From the NCBI GenBank assembly GCA_001761425.1, contig CP012986.1:420001-452000 (forward strand): DNA of 32,000 nucleotides. The letters run 5' to 3'. The DNA comes from Candidatus Saccharimonadota bacterium. Lineage in GTDB: Archaea; Nanohalarchaeota; Nanosalinia; Nanosalinales; Nanosalinaceae. This document shows positions 24,201 to 26,130 of this stretch, one piece after another. The notes under the pieces were generated by a model. It was given only the letters and a program-made list of their open reading frames with translations, had not been told where the DNA came from and searched no databases. The position numbers and the translations under genes were made by a program. Each line of letters starts with the position of its first letter. Within the stretch, counting starts at the first letter, position 1.

Positions 24201-25971
24201 AGTAATGTCTTTTTCCGCCAGCTTCGACGTATGGGTCTCCTGTCTTCTCACCCTGGTAGGACATGGCAGCTTTCACGAAAACCTGTTCTGCCTTGATATC
24301 CTGAGGTACATTATAGTGAAGGTTGAAAACAGCTTCGGAAGAATCATCAAGAAGCCTCGAACCCACAGATACACCCTTATCGTCTCTGAACTCTTCGATA
24401 TTGTCTACATCGATCTTGCTGCCATCAATCCTGTAATCAGTACTGTTGAGACTTACGACAATATCTGAAGAAGAACCTGAAAGCCGATTAAGCTCCGCAC
24501 CAACGTAAACGGAACTGTTCTCAGAAACATCAAAACCACCGGTGTACAAGGCCTCAGAACTCCCGATGTCTAAAACGCCGTCAGCCTCGCCATCAGTAGA
24601 GTTGTTGAACTCTGGATTGGATACAGCATCAATTTCTCCCGGCTTCACGGAGTAACTGTTTCCTCCTATACTTAGCTCAAGATTTTCAGAAGTAGAGGAA
24701 CGACGGGCTAGGGGAAGCCTCAAATAAACTTTTTCCGCCTCGAAATCTGGTTTGAAGGCCTCGAAGGTCACATTCTCCTGTCCGATCGCTGCCATATCAG
24801 AGATATTTTCAGATGCCCTGCTGTACTCGAAGGTTCCTGAGGCATCGATCTCTGACTCTTCTACATCATAGATGGTATCGTTTAGCTCGAACTTTAGGTC
24901 GGCGGACCTGTTGTAGTAGTTCAAACCGGTTTCCACGTAGAATGTTCCTGAATCGTTCGTAACGTTGTAAGGTGTACTGAAAACTGTCTCATTTGAACAA
25001 CCGACACATGCAAGGCCTTCTGGATCAGCGTCATCTTCCTGATAGCTTATTCTCTCCGAGGAAAGTTCTCCTGTAGCTATATCGAAATAGCTCTCACCTG
25101 TTTTGTCCCAGATCAGGCCTCCATCACTGGAGAGAAGAACAACAGAGTTTTCTGTAGCAGCTAATACTTCCTCTTCCTCCGTTTCTACGTCTTCACTACC
25201 GCTCTCGATGTCATTCACCTGGTCTCCAGTGCTGTAGTTCCAGAGTGAGTTACCCGAGGAGTCAAAGGCCTTCACCTCTTCGTTCTGGTAGGTGAGTACT
25301 TCCAGGAGATTATCTGTTGAGATATCGGCAAAAAGGACTCCGTTTCCTGTCAGGTTAAGGAGAGATTCGTCCTCGATTGAACTGAGCTTTACTGAGAAGC
25401 TGTCCACTTCTGAGTTGTTAGGTATCTGGAAATCCTTTTTCACGGAACTGTCAAGATCAAGAACCTCTCCTTCACTTCCAGGCTCACCTTCACCTGGATC
25501 ACACCTCCAGAAACTGTCCGAGAAACTGCATAGATCGTAGTTGATTAGAGGCTGCGCAATATCAAGGCCTGTGTTCTTTTGCTCCGCTTTACCTGGGTTG
25601 AAGACCGATATCTCCGTATCTCCAGCGGTAATATTGATTTTGTACCGGTCAAAACTGTTTACATCAAAAACAATCCTGCCCAGAGAATTTTCATCTCCGT
25701 TCCAGTCGACAGCGATAGTATCCCCGTTCTGCGTGGACGTTTTCTCAACCCATGAACCTGAAACCTGGTAATCAACTCTCCTGAAACCCAGAGCTTCACT
25801 ACCGTTAAGAACTTCGAACTCTATCTCGCCCTGGTGACTTGAATTAAATTCAACAGTCCAGTTGCCGTTAGCCTGCTCATTCTCTACTCCAAGATCGTTA
25901 GAAGTATCCAAAATGCTTAGAGATTGGCCAGCCACAGCTCCGACTAAAAGCAATAATACGGCTGAAGCCAA
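250..25971 (-). CDS. Giant (8,573 aa) type-I membrane surface protein: signal peptide, mosaic adhesin-like ectodomain, one TM helix, cytoplasmic HerA/FtsK-like ATPase
   Basis: This is a single open frame of 8,573 codons in the ORF track, which cannot arise by chance. The domain grammar is coherent along the whole length. The start is TTG at 25971..25969, the first start-type codon after the in-frame TAG at 26031..26029. The stop is TGA at 252..250. The protein is very acidic and rich in N-x-S/T sequons outside the membrane and poor in them inside. Confidence 0.95.
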   Translation of the reverse strand: MASAVLLLLVGAVAGQSLSILDTSNDLGVENEQANGNWTVEFNSSHQGEIEFEVLNGSEALGFRRVDYQVSGSWVEKTSTQNGDTIAVDWNGDENSLGRIVFDVNSFDRYKINITAGDTEISVFNPGKAEQKNTGLDIAQPLINYDLCSFSDSFWRCDPGEGEPGSEGEVLDLDSSVKKDFQIPNNSEVDSFSVKLSSIEDESLLNLTGNGVLFADISTDNLLEVLTYQNEEVKAFDSSGNSLWNYSTGDQVNDIESGSEDVETEEEEVLAATENSVVLLSSDGGLIWDKTGESYFDIATGELSSERISYQEDDADPEGLACVGCSNETVFSTPYNVTNDSGTFYVETGLNYYNRSADLKFELNDTIYDVEESEIDASGTFEYSRASENISDMAAIGQENVTFEAFKPDFEAEKVYLRLPLARRSSTSENLELSIGGNSYSVKPGEIDAVSNPEFNNSTDGEADGVLDIGSSEALYTGGFDVSENSSVYVGAELNRLSGSSSDIVVSLNSTDYRIDGSKIDVDNIEEFRDDKGVSVGSRLLDDSSEAVFNLHYNVPQDIKAEQVFVKAAMSYQGEKTGDPYVEAGGKRHYFDKSKIKASSVDTRSIHDSGVDDSACVGCNDSESRSPIFDLSALDVSSFEAEKAELEAPVCAVGDPSGLQFTGVGVDDETYEMNTTDIVSCNDSFTTASADVPPSQFSEDQILFNCDSCNSTDYYELGGDDSTGGAYSEFLNGTQQVEVPYDYMVNVTTNSSLEYDWTEASVPDSALETGNNISFGCESCSDSKNYRLLTEDGSSGHSYYNNGSGEELIGNDYMARVWTNTSLKSETAYTRVNSSDIDGNTNITLSSIDSYNILYDNDTQGDSYSGGNSLEGEYKIRAEERPINYSLTEIQVDENDLNSDNATLSCENCGETSYYLGLDPSSGLETSSTDRFTDKASGADARVWSNTSLAYDTVRTLVDGDDLAEDENITYFLENSSSEAFNVLVDENSGADSYVYSNGYEKLSGGLMTRVEFFGSTVGDEIVVSRYPSVIVALDSSGNQLWNYSTDVRTSSVDIGNVIPGSTGNEVVVGTRDSIEVIDSTGNLIESFPVDGSSWFRSTTLEDIQESSSDEIITGTDSGNVIALDSNLTVLWNQSLGDEVKSLESGNISKSPGPEVLAGLGNGGLTLMNSSGQVIEQYQRSNGVEELERGDIRDAEGDEIGISTSGSSVLNFYNLPQNLGIDIGGNGDEWTGSGLFIGSSIVNGQALTDEFNNVLSNCESQSCDVPFTFSSDSGGLVRVSDPEVSYSYNVSRTYDYESGITRWAETEGFSSEDMIMYEADRINYTKTPAESMKINRIWAEENVADGQKVVFNGREFKNDGGPSILLPDSEAFWRFEFARPRSSDYIWYDNTKEASPVNVTKGDLSGTSPAERNVTVSRTTEKTDTRFENITVHIPVNGSRIVEDAFLEVDWNDNGTYTGITPEKAGCEEFKNVSGDERNWSVCKAYGSDGNIEEFRLIQPEIGNSKASHNVTDYRIGGITNIAPDVEDVSADPSSGPWGTEFEISATFTDDEGDEVNATLWADNGSGWQKIESRQTSGQATDSVVLNLPTDKSWTGTVEYKVEYYDYDESGRIHGSENSSTQSFAVSPHPTETTVTSGSGLELDRTGEKGLISAQVNDTEDNQVLTSSNSNVFCSLYIDGSDYDIVNPNSSGYCNFQLSDLDMDLGNHSWSIQAFDPDNYYDLSSTDTENFTLLGNFSLDRNFPSTEVFKYGGLDHQYSSIQNGTLNYNYTNIRDDLGNPVNPSYDLSWPYIDNLPEGNISDSSKEGSFGIQETDPLGDSRLNITLEKENFNNETFVTNITILGLIQPSFSTSKATVFPEDDVVNLSAELESSDGTKIDDASVDFLTPSGYCRETYQDGNIYRCEYSPDSSLSSGTYNWSVDAERKNYRQEDANGQITIGTGIVADASIKPLTVYRYNGAEGPGQVEYNVTDIRDDSGPLDNVSYTFSLDDPDETGRVDSGGLAKNLSVAQNEDVGLVNAEIIIDKDGYKQFSYSTDVDVNGNINASLETRENDNLTATLEDMRGNDISVDQVSFNTPDGQCLEKYSEANQYFCEYNPSTDLSTGTYKWNISVQDSDYVYEQEKSANISVESQIEADVTLDNGPYFRFNGSEGTTTPKYSISNINSNGNNIDNVTYTVYLDGIKKKERTIDDTDTGSFDIPAASTIGEHEVKIVLEKNGYEDLTQTYTREVRGSLTTEIYETEDVYKNNSQTRGSYNLTTELKAKVKDQLGNNISDATVSFDTPSGNCNPSSTGSGNYSCTFDPDTLSSVGNRSWGLTASRSGYESTTTNAGQFFIKNVIRPEFISTGDEYFRDETGLLTTEAINPSGSNVDANIDASYYIDENKLGKDASTDSGRASLNWDPVCTRDPQEYTVDVNISSNDPRYEVYNNGDSGNIDLIADLLVEVSNPENSAESGINYQQGDDVALETDLNTSCGTDPNVSGQDIIWNASDKDTSKLISSGPSASWSIPESYTGETNISAYGDSYYYRGGLDTKKILIERVININVTEGLTDKTRTSGGNYDYNFAAEIVTGDGIDANESTIDETWSDFNITWKVDGNKVKEQSTDSQASANTTVNLGSQYKPGEHTVQAELENTSSINTTILQEKESKALDFIDEASVTLEDPAGGDIFYQDEIDLRSSINTATGNEDSMDINYNWQFRDNDTERVISSKRVSSWIVPSYAYGPGNISVVAKHPYLQTDSDKANVTSKRKTSIKAYDPYKYVEPNSSNPIRANISIPGIEDKSGYTVNYWIAGNSYTAETDGDGTATFYWDPSGFEKGAYDTGVNIEDAPGSYYETENPTQANKTLVIPDVLNISASYRDNNEENANGNNFDNLPNRAVYRNGGPWKNPEKLYVAGNVTTPFPDSDEKYEVENSTVKFWITGTSDDGQQITEKIGEDDVNLTEFENARNDNENTWWDEYLAHTSWNPRGEFPVGSYDLKINATHPEDGFEPDPVTRPLDVRGTLNITMNDPTAWEDTYQMDNFTFSATVEDMNGNEIPEEELDEIIWKLQEDGCANSNDDPAYGWGSGTFDWSSAISSGPKTGSLSSWIRMGNTGYYNIHGKELVWLNAEKEYFEVARNQYRRGFTGCSAVHHQEDGAKGNINGQFEGDREDRVGIQHDMRARIETEISAPTSLEGETGDKDIFNLTARFFEYNTTQSLPGRFDGIFHATCLNCSDSANKDLSQGDDYYRDQDVAKFQFNFSNEEYRENYTFKVWAEPGPNEEDWAREDPFATDNRKYTVYESLGSGEGDVNINGECEDGETVVSAPPDCGYDNLPDRYWVNESADSSMNQTQYDQFRDESSSLYEDDKAYYANHSAYSDEYAGGCNFDGIEDDKYEEPGVCPDYNNDASSPEINSVDANPNYFQPDTADVTFTAQVRDIDGNLDSVDLLDKDNNLVASMTTTSGTCTTYCTFSTTENIDNDGTYKIRASDTTSETDDTTSRSINVFEDTTVATIENLTIEGSDPRKKNQDLNVDINISGINVGNDPQSVESIIVDGKSVGSPSTSDNVQGWALYEATTVADSTSDQDVSDETITVNVTEKRASSFDEATATYTVDTSIPDVKNEQVTPSLVKNGDEVTFSADVTDNALDNTYVTREDTGNTVCSNSSFSNTGGDTYECTINAPDKTDTFNYRFHAIDGAENTNDTETVQLSVDSNHPEITGLSSDQTISPGETVTVSATVDDKEDHLDSSMLVTMKDFKNDSMNVVCDDSEFDGSCQVSPNASTQYLVYANDTLGNENLNFEQNYVEVTVDEFAPNVTLQNQDTNFSGTVTLDTEVTDSPPEVPNGDFEDGNSSQWTFTNTGQILQSSDYNYTCSSIYSQGTTTSGTYEIDPDGRGGNDPFNAYCEMNPNPNNPVESGGPVSDVYTFYYVQDGMNTSTVGQSNTCTGKGLELWTPRGPSEYDVGVNYIINQYGYSPSNWDAPGGPGPLGIHYPLDGEDGTTSADSPPEDFDAHKDYSLKSEDYGTDALGNDNLYGGGTNGWQNTIGESFWAASGVDAAEPSGDYDADTWLGWQNFDSSGYISDYNDLPNAGYSYDEYLCTAETSLSGGTASSSAQSYCTDDDGDGQTYCAFFDGGVYPSTTAQNNITGEKVNRIAGKSVDFRGDLFGDGDSMQVEDDQSKETYKQYGGEDDSRFHIKVWNSSGGLIKDEKGVWASHYLDDSGMANVTTGFKVPENADTITVQLDGGDMGGTASNAYDTYFDSINLGPSNLDSGSVQYAFSNSSGNYTSIGKGFANLPQTSGNEFSTNVDTTGLADGYYMLTVKASDTVSNDKVYEKEVKIDNEPPEIDFKEELYNEATITVDDGSRTKTIELSPGIDTYPVEFSGTSGSASLDINMASDSATGSAVIDSLTLKADDGAIIEEISTQGDWDRGNYQGLSTDRNANSGNLGLGKQDGSSGDRLVGFWRFDQDVSGSGGIVQDYSGEGNSATLYNGSEIVSKGIAETSAINLNGRNQSIEVSRSSDLNTSSLTFSTWFKLDRNLTCSSGNNWRSFAYKGSSSSGTDKGWDIVLEESGAVAFDVNGTRWWPHWADKRYGEQLGYPINDWRHYTFTYEESTGKMAFYRDGELIDYNYKDPGPIEHSADALKIGGATNEGCPDGRGYVPGSYDEVKVYNEAMSSSEIRNMYEKSNNRYTGEYQVSGLNLPEAVESISVETKNIQNGRLDGSKIFNISIIDELLNDNPSSYKYSIDGGSLSDLTENSNHSFSTAPVDTSKLNDGLTDLSVEASDTEGNPEQNTYQFFVDNTDPSISGLDSNISITNGNQVAGFSGTVDDDSLNASATNFTLINVSESGFEADIDEACSYTGSILECSASWDPSGFEAGNYSFKVYSEDTLENNALEFDLSEYVFLDRVSPNITDSSLNDTIVQSNQSLEVWAIAEDDYEVDQVTADGEDLSQNNYNWSGVIPVGDGDVNLTVTDLAGNTESYENLTYTIDDKRPSISGLGSNASNNFSRGDDTVRFEVESSDTYLRSVKLENRSTDGYAEMVNGSGSTWYLETRPEDLGLVEEEYNLTAKAVDKADNIEFDYYNLTVDNTAPSIKRVDLNDTVVQSNTDIEVNTTIDERSLGWANANSVNLTNDFGNYYTGVINVDNSTQNPVNVTAIDSADNFAYNDSTGYTIDDKRPSISEFVSNASFGVTRSDNPLQFNVSTSDEHLENVRIEGSKLSKGSPWELVDSPANLSCSEGVADSTCTLTAESIDEAGNARTQSLDLTIDDVRPEVGNISTNASIIRSGDKVNFTADVSDANIDSVTLRNSSEAKCSMEESSGSAYSCAVPVYNSSDFTVDAVDQAGNVNDSESIRVETDDTPPEFTSYGANASYNVSNSDSLLNFTAEVKDLRLESVELEENKMNNRSSLYSLTDTPSGLGCSSGGEFVCNLTFYAEDVPGNNETVEYQLNIDDVKPDVNSVEINDSIIQSNSTVKAKINVSGESDKTLAEVTAEDKGLSWNGSLWTNEIEVDNDEVVNVTAVDKAGNIGKENSTEYAIDDKAPETYSFTSNATYGVSRSDRPLRFNLTVTDDYLRNVTIWEKETNEQIQMENTEGDTYEINRTPGELGCVTEANREVCGLTVTAEDKADNYENNSVEVTIDDVDPEITDVSINDSDRVVKPSSDLEVNLTLIDDTETSITELTAENDSLSHLETDNSGANPESVWEGVVEIDNDSFVNVTAVDQAGNTDKNSEAEYTVDYDRPSILNLTSNSTNDVVRSDHTLNFTVNASDRYNLSSVKINGEPMNSTKSSIWYRVDQAGDLGCTEETVCDIEATATDQAGWTNETGYSLEIDNSKPDVGTLDALNASDGNPDAALGEWYLDWRLKNTTDQTDLSTTLYATNESYEGPAGNVTEIPQYNESSYRLVERPVYFNATNGTYTFISKVTDQADNTANTTYRLAITAQPPKIPFATASETRPEQNRESTQIRVNVTDTNEIAETELTIENTGETFTDLNLVQPNSGNQTGGIYATDYTPENSGYYNITVSATDGTQESRTESFGKVFKAIGKTEGKLEMNASRTEFNNITQNYTGKTDVNVTFENTGLATSYNTTIQQALAQQGIVTNSSDYSCGEIKNGSSCSTTISVNISSKASPGTRRVSEFGEWVNPDYSEEEISDTLDLEVKKNPVLKETGGLERTDIWWGESTELAEFDIYSFGNYDLENVEISRTKSPINGSDLLNENYYYVDGEGFNVPKGSTGYTTLETNGIENSGRFIAEFTATAQDNTNCGGEDCQDAKIVDVNVFKKADVELLNNSGQRYRGLLNLQSEVRDILDSNKKAFEEYHVALYDNGTKIGNVSTGGNELAELEWDAGNEELGPHNLTAKIQDKESENINATDSQESIEITLNDSLSVDREIDDRDMYWYDEQPDHNVSLNYTVTDLDGDRVENATVDLITNVTGNFETTRTCETNSSGQCSITWNTDVSNPVNATIRSKASKNQYFDNFTTSESIVEIKGGFSVDIRKPREGLIRENDTDLVRGSIQDLSATITDENGTEVTPNTVNWSINTSSGYSNIGSGKEDSWEVKSISTGIHRLNVSTEDSEGVETSDSKIVEVYDPVDININQVTPSTTERKNSTVTAEAEVVNTRNNSKVSDYSCNLYDEGDFINSSLTDTKGTCSIKWHTDYEDYVGTHTLKTDITENRTGTWYLPVKNSEEQSDVELTEKLNISVQKPEEIVHRYGEQELLARVKDAYNETSATIKWIHNGQTVDPNGTGEKGLWNTDGLGLGPYQLNTTAEKGEYTPDRARNNLTIYGWSELSFNGSGRYSKDDIVNLTLRVADKNTSTGIEDYPVQLYRKYEDNSTEAWRNDTTGPDGWYNVSWNTENTTIGDYTIKAEIKDNSTLYYNNTNTNITNNVFVGGTLNTEITDISDKTIYRDNLSEPTDTEITAKVTNRGLSVENATAYFKFKDRSIGKCQTNNTETTGECKVTWNPENSTEIGLENISVKASADNYFDSNYTEKQLEIRTGIEPFWNQTEETQAFNFSNSTGIEITPRIREAFTDRGINDYSFNLGYGQKKPDYSINLSTEEWTTNGTINSTEQGLEINESLAETNTSLEDREKLLIKTNSSGSWNLSYRRNGSWNNIATEQSAEKEVEFKDGPVKGLRVNTSGEITVESIVVKDTDLEDRKELMSRELLGSGNEDRETGFETAPVNNDYESCVESGSCLANGTYVGEKPGFDDKVEGNRTSGVFGGNALLANITNMTVNDTVKIRRPYEAFSGDTKTFDEAELVSFWTQSELPFNLSFNDEINSSQACSYTEKYSSTDLWELKQYNISEYRKRCGSNVGEIEWTFKHNRTGENVSTLVGLDEVNKLTSVDTGENGGANLSFFPPEAGAYDFKLGIEQSRFYNLSSEYRFKTLNVNTGRGRKSVAGEDLGGNTDREEISPDGEANSTNFSISPEYINTTVAAETYGTFDTATVSNNKTSELFLQIYEGQNSDLLDIQKNITVSASTVETQELKNIELGFNSSDPGTYNSTVTFFNPENEKLETLNTTLNVRNIVMDIKNITAENGKKNITAGDTVQAYANITYNNTRQINDSEWKASIEGKTCSNTNSTYTNSSGLWKINCEAPGIDQNPVNVSYELTALKDNLEIKDRKGLKYRDVTAPFIVSKNGDNVNQGENASLSVKAADNVGINNVSATGIYLENDTEVENISMNKQSEGLYTGNLTETGRDGDYDVVVGLQDVNGNVREVKLPVSVAPFVNFTGSMDGVNTDFKFERPSSNTTLIEESTGEEYDLEVQNRSYDVNMDVQPDRPEETNEPVHNIEFVNSSVEDDISDPVNVSPVDSGESVEFEHPEDTTNRSFTGVSIDSNMSFGEASVQLNYSKTEDFDEEEEDNLRIFKCKYDDVSNCSTSEWNQLNSSVNMSENVVQASTNSTSSYIVERLYTPQNNDGGNNGDNNQNQQGGEEQQDENGGSTGGGLPNTGQDSNQSEQENKSDIATEPFVLSPRIFRPIMFRGEERTFLLEIDNNREESIELDMSIQGEISELLGPDNTEINVSANSTVITQLRAVIPEDAEIKTYSGQIVAEYGNTTVNSSQSILVAREGIDGFDLNVKSLTKNVEPGSNFSFETRVSQITMETPVEINFTHYFRESDTDKVIRELNDSVSIEEATSMQRELSTQEIPSGSYYIQTVADAKNQTVVDSATVVIEERFWTPFKTRATILILAVILISIVGWKGYQYYWIRKEEEARYVFPVDYDRLPPEEEDNYWVGKIAETEKDAFIDPSDLTTHAIVSGSTGSGKSVTANVIAEEALENDVPVIVFDPTAQWTGFVKELKDDDLEKHYDRFEMDAQEDAHPYRGVIKEISSENPEINFEDLQNDGEITVFTLNQLTTEEFDGAVRNIIDQIFDKEWEESPDLEMLIVFDEVHRLLEEYGGQGGYEALEKGAREFRKWGIGLMMASQVTADFKQAISGNIMTEIQMQTKSMEDINRVEKKYGQEFAKRISSEDVGTGMIQNSNYNDGEPWFVDFRPTYHNPHKIPDEEMEKYHNLSEEVDKLKQELKRREEQGQDTRDKDLELQLAENKLKEGRFKMANMYIDSLKDEMDIK
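253..447 (-). other. Charged, probably coiled-coil C-terminal tail
   Basis: EEMEKYHNLSEEVDKLKQELKRREEQGQDTRDKDLELQLAENKLKEGRFKMANMYIDSLKDEMDIK has heptad-like spacing of hydrophobic residues and a high K/E/R content. Confidence 0.5.
445..1272 (-). other. Cytoplasmic HerA/DUF87-type (FtsK-HerA superfamily) P-loop ATPase domain
   Basis: Walker A is IVSGSTGSGKSV, with GSTGSGKS at 1168..1191. Walker B is MLIVFDEVH at 790..816. The HerA-like block REFRKWGIGLMMASQVTADFKQAISGNIMTEIQMQTKS lies at 619..732. Only about 50 residues separate the TM helix from Walker A. Confidence 0.8.
1345..1422 (-). other. Single transmembrane helix of giant protein
   Basis: The helix is TRATILILAVILISIVGWKGYQYYWI, flanked by FWTPFK outside and RKEEEAR inside. 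It is the only long hydrophobic stretch after the signal peptide. Confidence 0.85.
2085..2240 (-). other. Low-complexity N/Q/G/E-rich linker (stalk) in giant protein
   Basis: The sequence is TPQNNDGGNNGDNNQNQQGGEEQQDENGGSTGGGLPNTGQDSNQSEQENKSD. It lies between the distal ectodomain and two membrane-proximal CARDB-like domains. Confidence 0.8.
5000..7100 (-). repeat. About seven ~100-aa Ig-like (invasin/Big_1- or CarboxypepD_reg-like) modules, two alternating types
   Basis: The type-1 cores recur about every 600 nt: EEYHVALYDNGTKIGNVSTGGNELAELEWDAG..GPHNLTAKIQD, ENATVDLITNV..TCETNSSGQCSITWNTD, SDYSCNLYDEG..TDTKGTCSIKWHTD..GTHTLKTDI, EDYPVQLYRKY..TGPDGWYNVSWNTE..GDYTIKAEI and ENATAYFKFKDRSIGKCQTNNTETTGECKVTWNPE. 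A second module type is interleaved (..NWSINTSSGYSNIG.., ..IKWIHNGQTVDPNG..). Confidence 0.5.
8490..11632 (-). repeat. Array of 11 Ig-like beta-sandwich domains arranged as about 5.5 alternating A/B di-domain units
   Basis: Twelve proline linkers bound the domains: DNTDPSIS, LDRVSPNIT, IDDKRPSIS (x2), VDNTAPSIK, IDDVRPEVG, TDDTPPEFT, IDDVKPDVN, IDDKAPETY, IDDVDPEIT, VDYDRPSIL and IDNSKPDVG. Each domain ends in a D.AGN motif (TDLAGN, VDKADN, IDSADN, IDEAGN, VDQAGN, VDKAGN, EDKADN, TDQAGW). Type A has SNAS..V.RSD..L.F.V..SD..L..V plus an LGC..C pair. Type B has LND(T/S)..QSN...(E/K)V ... VNVTA.D.AGN. Confidence 0.7.
11965..12645 (-). other. LamG / concanavalin-A-like lectin jelly-roll domain (Laminin_G_3 type)
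   Basis: The sequence is LVGFWRFDQDVSGSGGIVQDYSGEGNSATLYNGSEIVSKGIAETSAINLNGRNQSIEVS...LTFSTWFKL...WRHYTFTYEESTGKMAFYRDGELI...LKIGGA...GSYDEVKVYNEAMSSSEI. This matches the canonical LamG_3 pattern: W.fd, D.SG.GN.g.l.g, ..l.f.G, ft.s.W.k, W.h...ty, l.fY.DG, iGg, G..DEv.vYn.alS..EI. Confidence 0.75.
13230..14495 (-). other. Jelly-roll/CBM-like region containing a fibrinogen- or collagen-NC1-like motif
   Basis: It opens with NGDFEDGNSSQWTF, the NG.FE.G...W opening typical of CBM4/9-type galactose-binding-like modules, and closes with DTYFDSINLGP. In between lies CSSIYSQGTTTSGTYEIDPDGRGGNDPFNAYCEMN (about 14300..14410). The assignment is by motif resemblance only. Confidence 0.35.
14500..15790 (-). 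repeat. Run of about five Ig-like beta-sandwich modules
   Basis: Modules are delimited by proline linkers (VDTSIPDV, VDSNHPEI, VDEFAPNV). Each has internal Cys pairs and a D.xGN-type motif near its end (IDGAENT, NDTLGNE). Confidence 0.45.
18950..20480 (-). repeat. About 2.5 copies of a ~197-aa two-domain beta-sandwich super-repeat with a conserved Cys pair
   Basis: The motif recurs with a period of about 590 nt: DASVDFLTPSGYCRETYQDGNIYRCEYSPDSSLSSGTYNW (20238..20337), VDQVSFNTPDGQCLEKYSEANQYFCEYNPSTDLSTGTYKW (19679..19765) and DATVSFDTPSGNCNPSSTGSGNYSCTFDPDTLSSVGNRSW (19061..19146). Confidence 0.55.
22325..22890 (-). other. Beta-propeller-like blades (PQQ/FG-GAP-like)
   Basis: The blade signatures are VALDSSGNQLWNYS, VIDSTGNLIESF, IALDSNLTVLWNQS and LMNSSGQVIEQY. 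Each is preceded by a G..E(V/I)(V/I).G strand (GNEVVVGT, SDEIITGT, GPEVLAGL, GDEIGIS). A related pair (AFDSSGNSLWNYS, LLSSDGGLIWDK) lies at about 25060..25280. Confidence 0.5.
22925..23870 (-). repeat. Tandem ~65-70 aa modules, several headed by a CxxC pair
   Basis: Three CxxC-headed copies are FNCDSCNSTDYYELGG..DYMVNVTTNSSL, FGCESCSDSKNYRLL..DYMARVWTNTSL and LSCENCGETSYYLGL..ADARVWSNTSL. Cys-less degenerate copies are interleaved (SIDSYNILYDNDTQGDSY..EYKIRAEE; AFNVLVDENSGADSYVY..LMTRVEF). Isolated related ACVGC motifs lie at about 24078..24132 and 24961..25020. Confidence 0.5.
25915..25971 (-). other. N-terminal signal peptide of giant protein
   Basis: MASAVLLLLVGAVAGQSLS has a hydrophobic core followed by small residues (AGQS). 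It lacks a basic n-region if TTG is the true start (see finding on start codon). Confidence 0.65.
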
Positions 25972-26030
25972 AGTCCTCTTGAGAGTACTTCTTAACCGGG
26001 TACTTTTCGTGATAAGAAAACTCCCTCTCT

Positions 26031-26040
26031 ATTATAATAA
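26031..26040 (-). promoter_or_regulatory. TATA-like box (TTATTATAAT) upstream of giant gene
   Basis: It lies 60-70 nt upstream of the TTG start. A start site about 25 nt downstream would fall near 26005..26013. It overlaps the in-frame TAG at 26029..26031. Confidence 0.35.
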
Positions 26041-26122
26041 CAGTAATATCCGTATTAAAAACCTACTACAGCCTCAGCTTCAAACCTCCGAAAATCACCA
26101 ACATCTCATTATAAGTATAGGA

Positions 26123-26130
26123 AAAAATTA
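26123..26130 (+). promoter_or_regulatory. TATA-like box (AAAAATTA) for a probably leaderless transcript of the 1,292-aa gene
   Basis: It spans -30..-23 relative to the ATG at 26153. No Shine-Dalgarno-like GGTGA/GGAGG lies in between. An alternative element, CATTATAAGTATA, is at 26108..26120. Confidence 0.35.

Noticed and set aside
569-25771. Dozens of 60-213 aa plus-strand ORFs (for example 1637..2122, 6128..6769, 10073..10501, 16307..16678) and short minus-strand out-of-frame ORFs inside the giant gene
   Set aside because: All are fully embedded in, or antisense to, the 8,573-codon frame. Their translations are low-complexity S/L/V/F/C-rich strings, typical of the antisense of an acidic GAN/AAN-rich gene. 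None has start context, motifs or a domain-like sequence.
250-25971. RTX/haemolysin-type calcium nonapeptide repeats, or protease, nuclease or toxin domains in the giant protein
   Set aside because: I found no GGxGxD nonapeptide runs, no serine or cysteine protease catalytic motifs, no PD-(D/E)xK or HNH signatures and no toxin-like C-terminal module. An isolated DDDGDG stretch (about 13650) is not repeated. Absence by eye is weak evidence.
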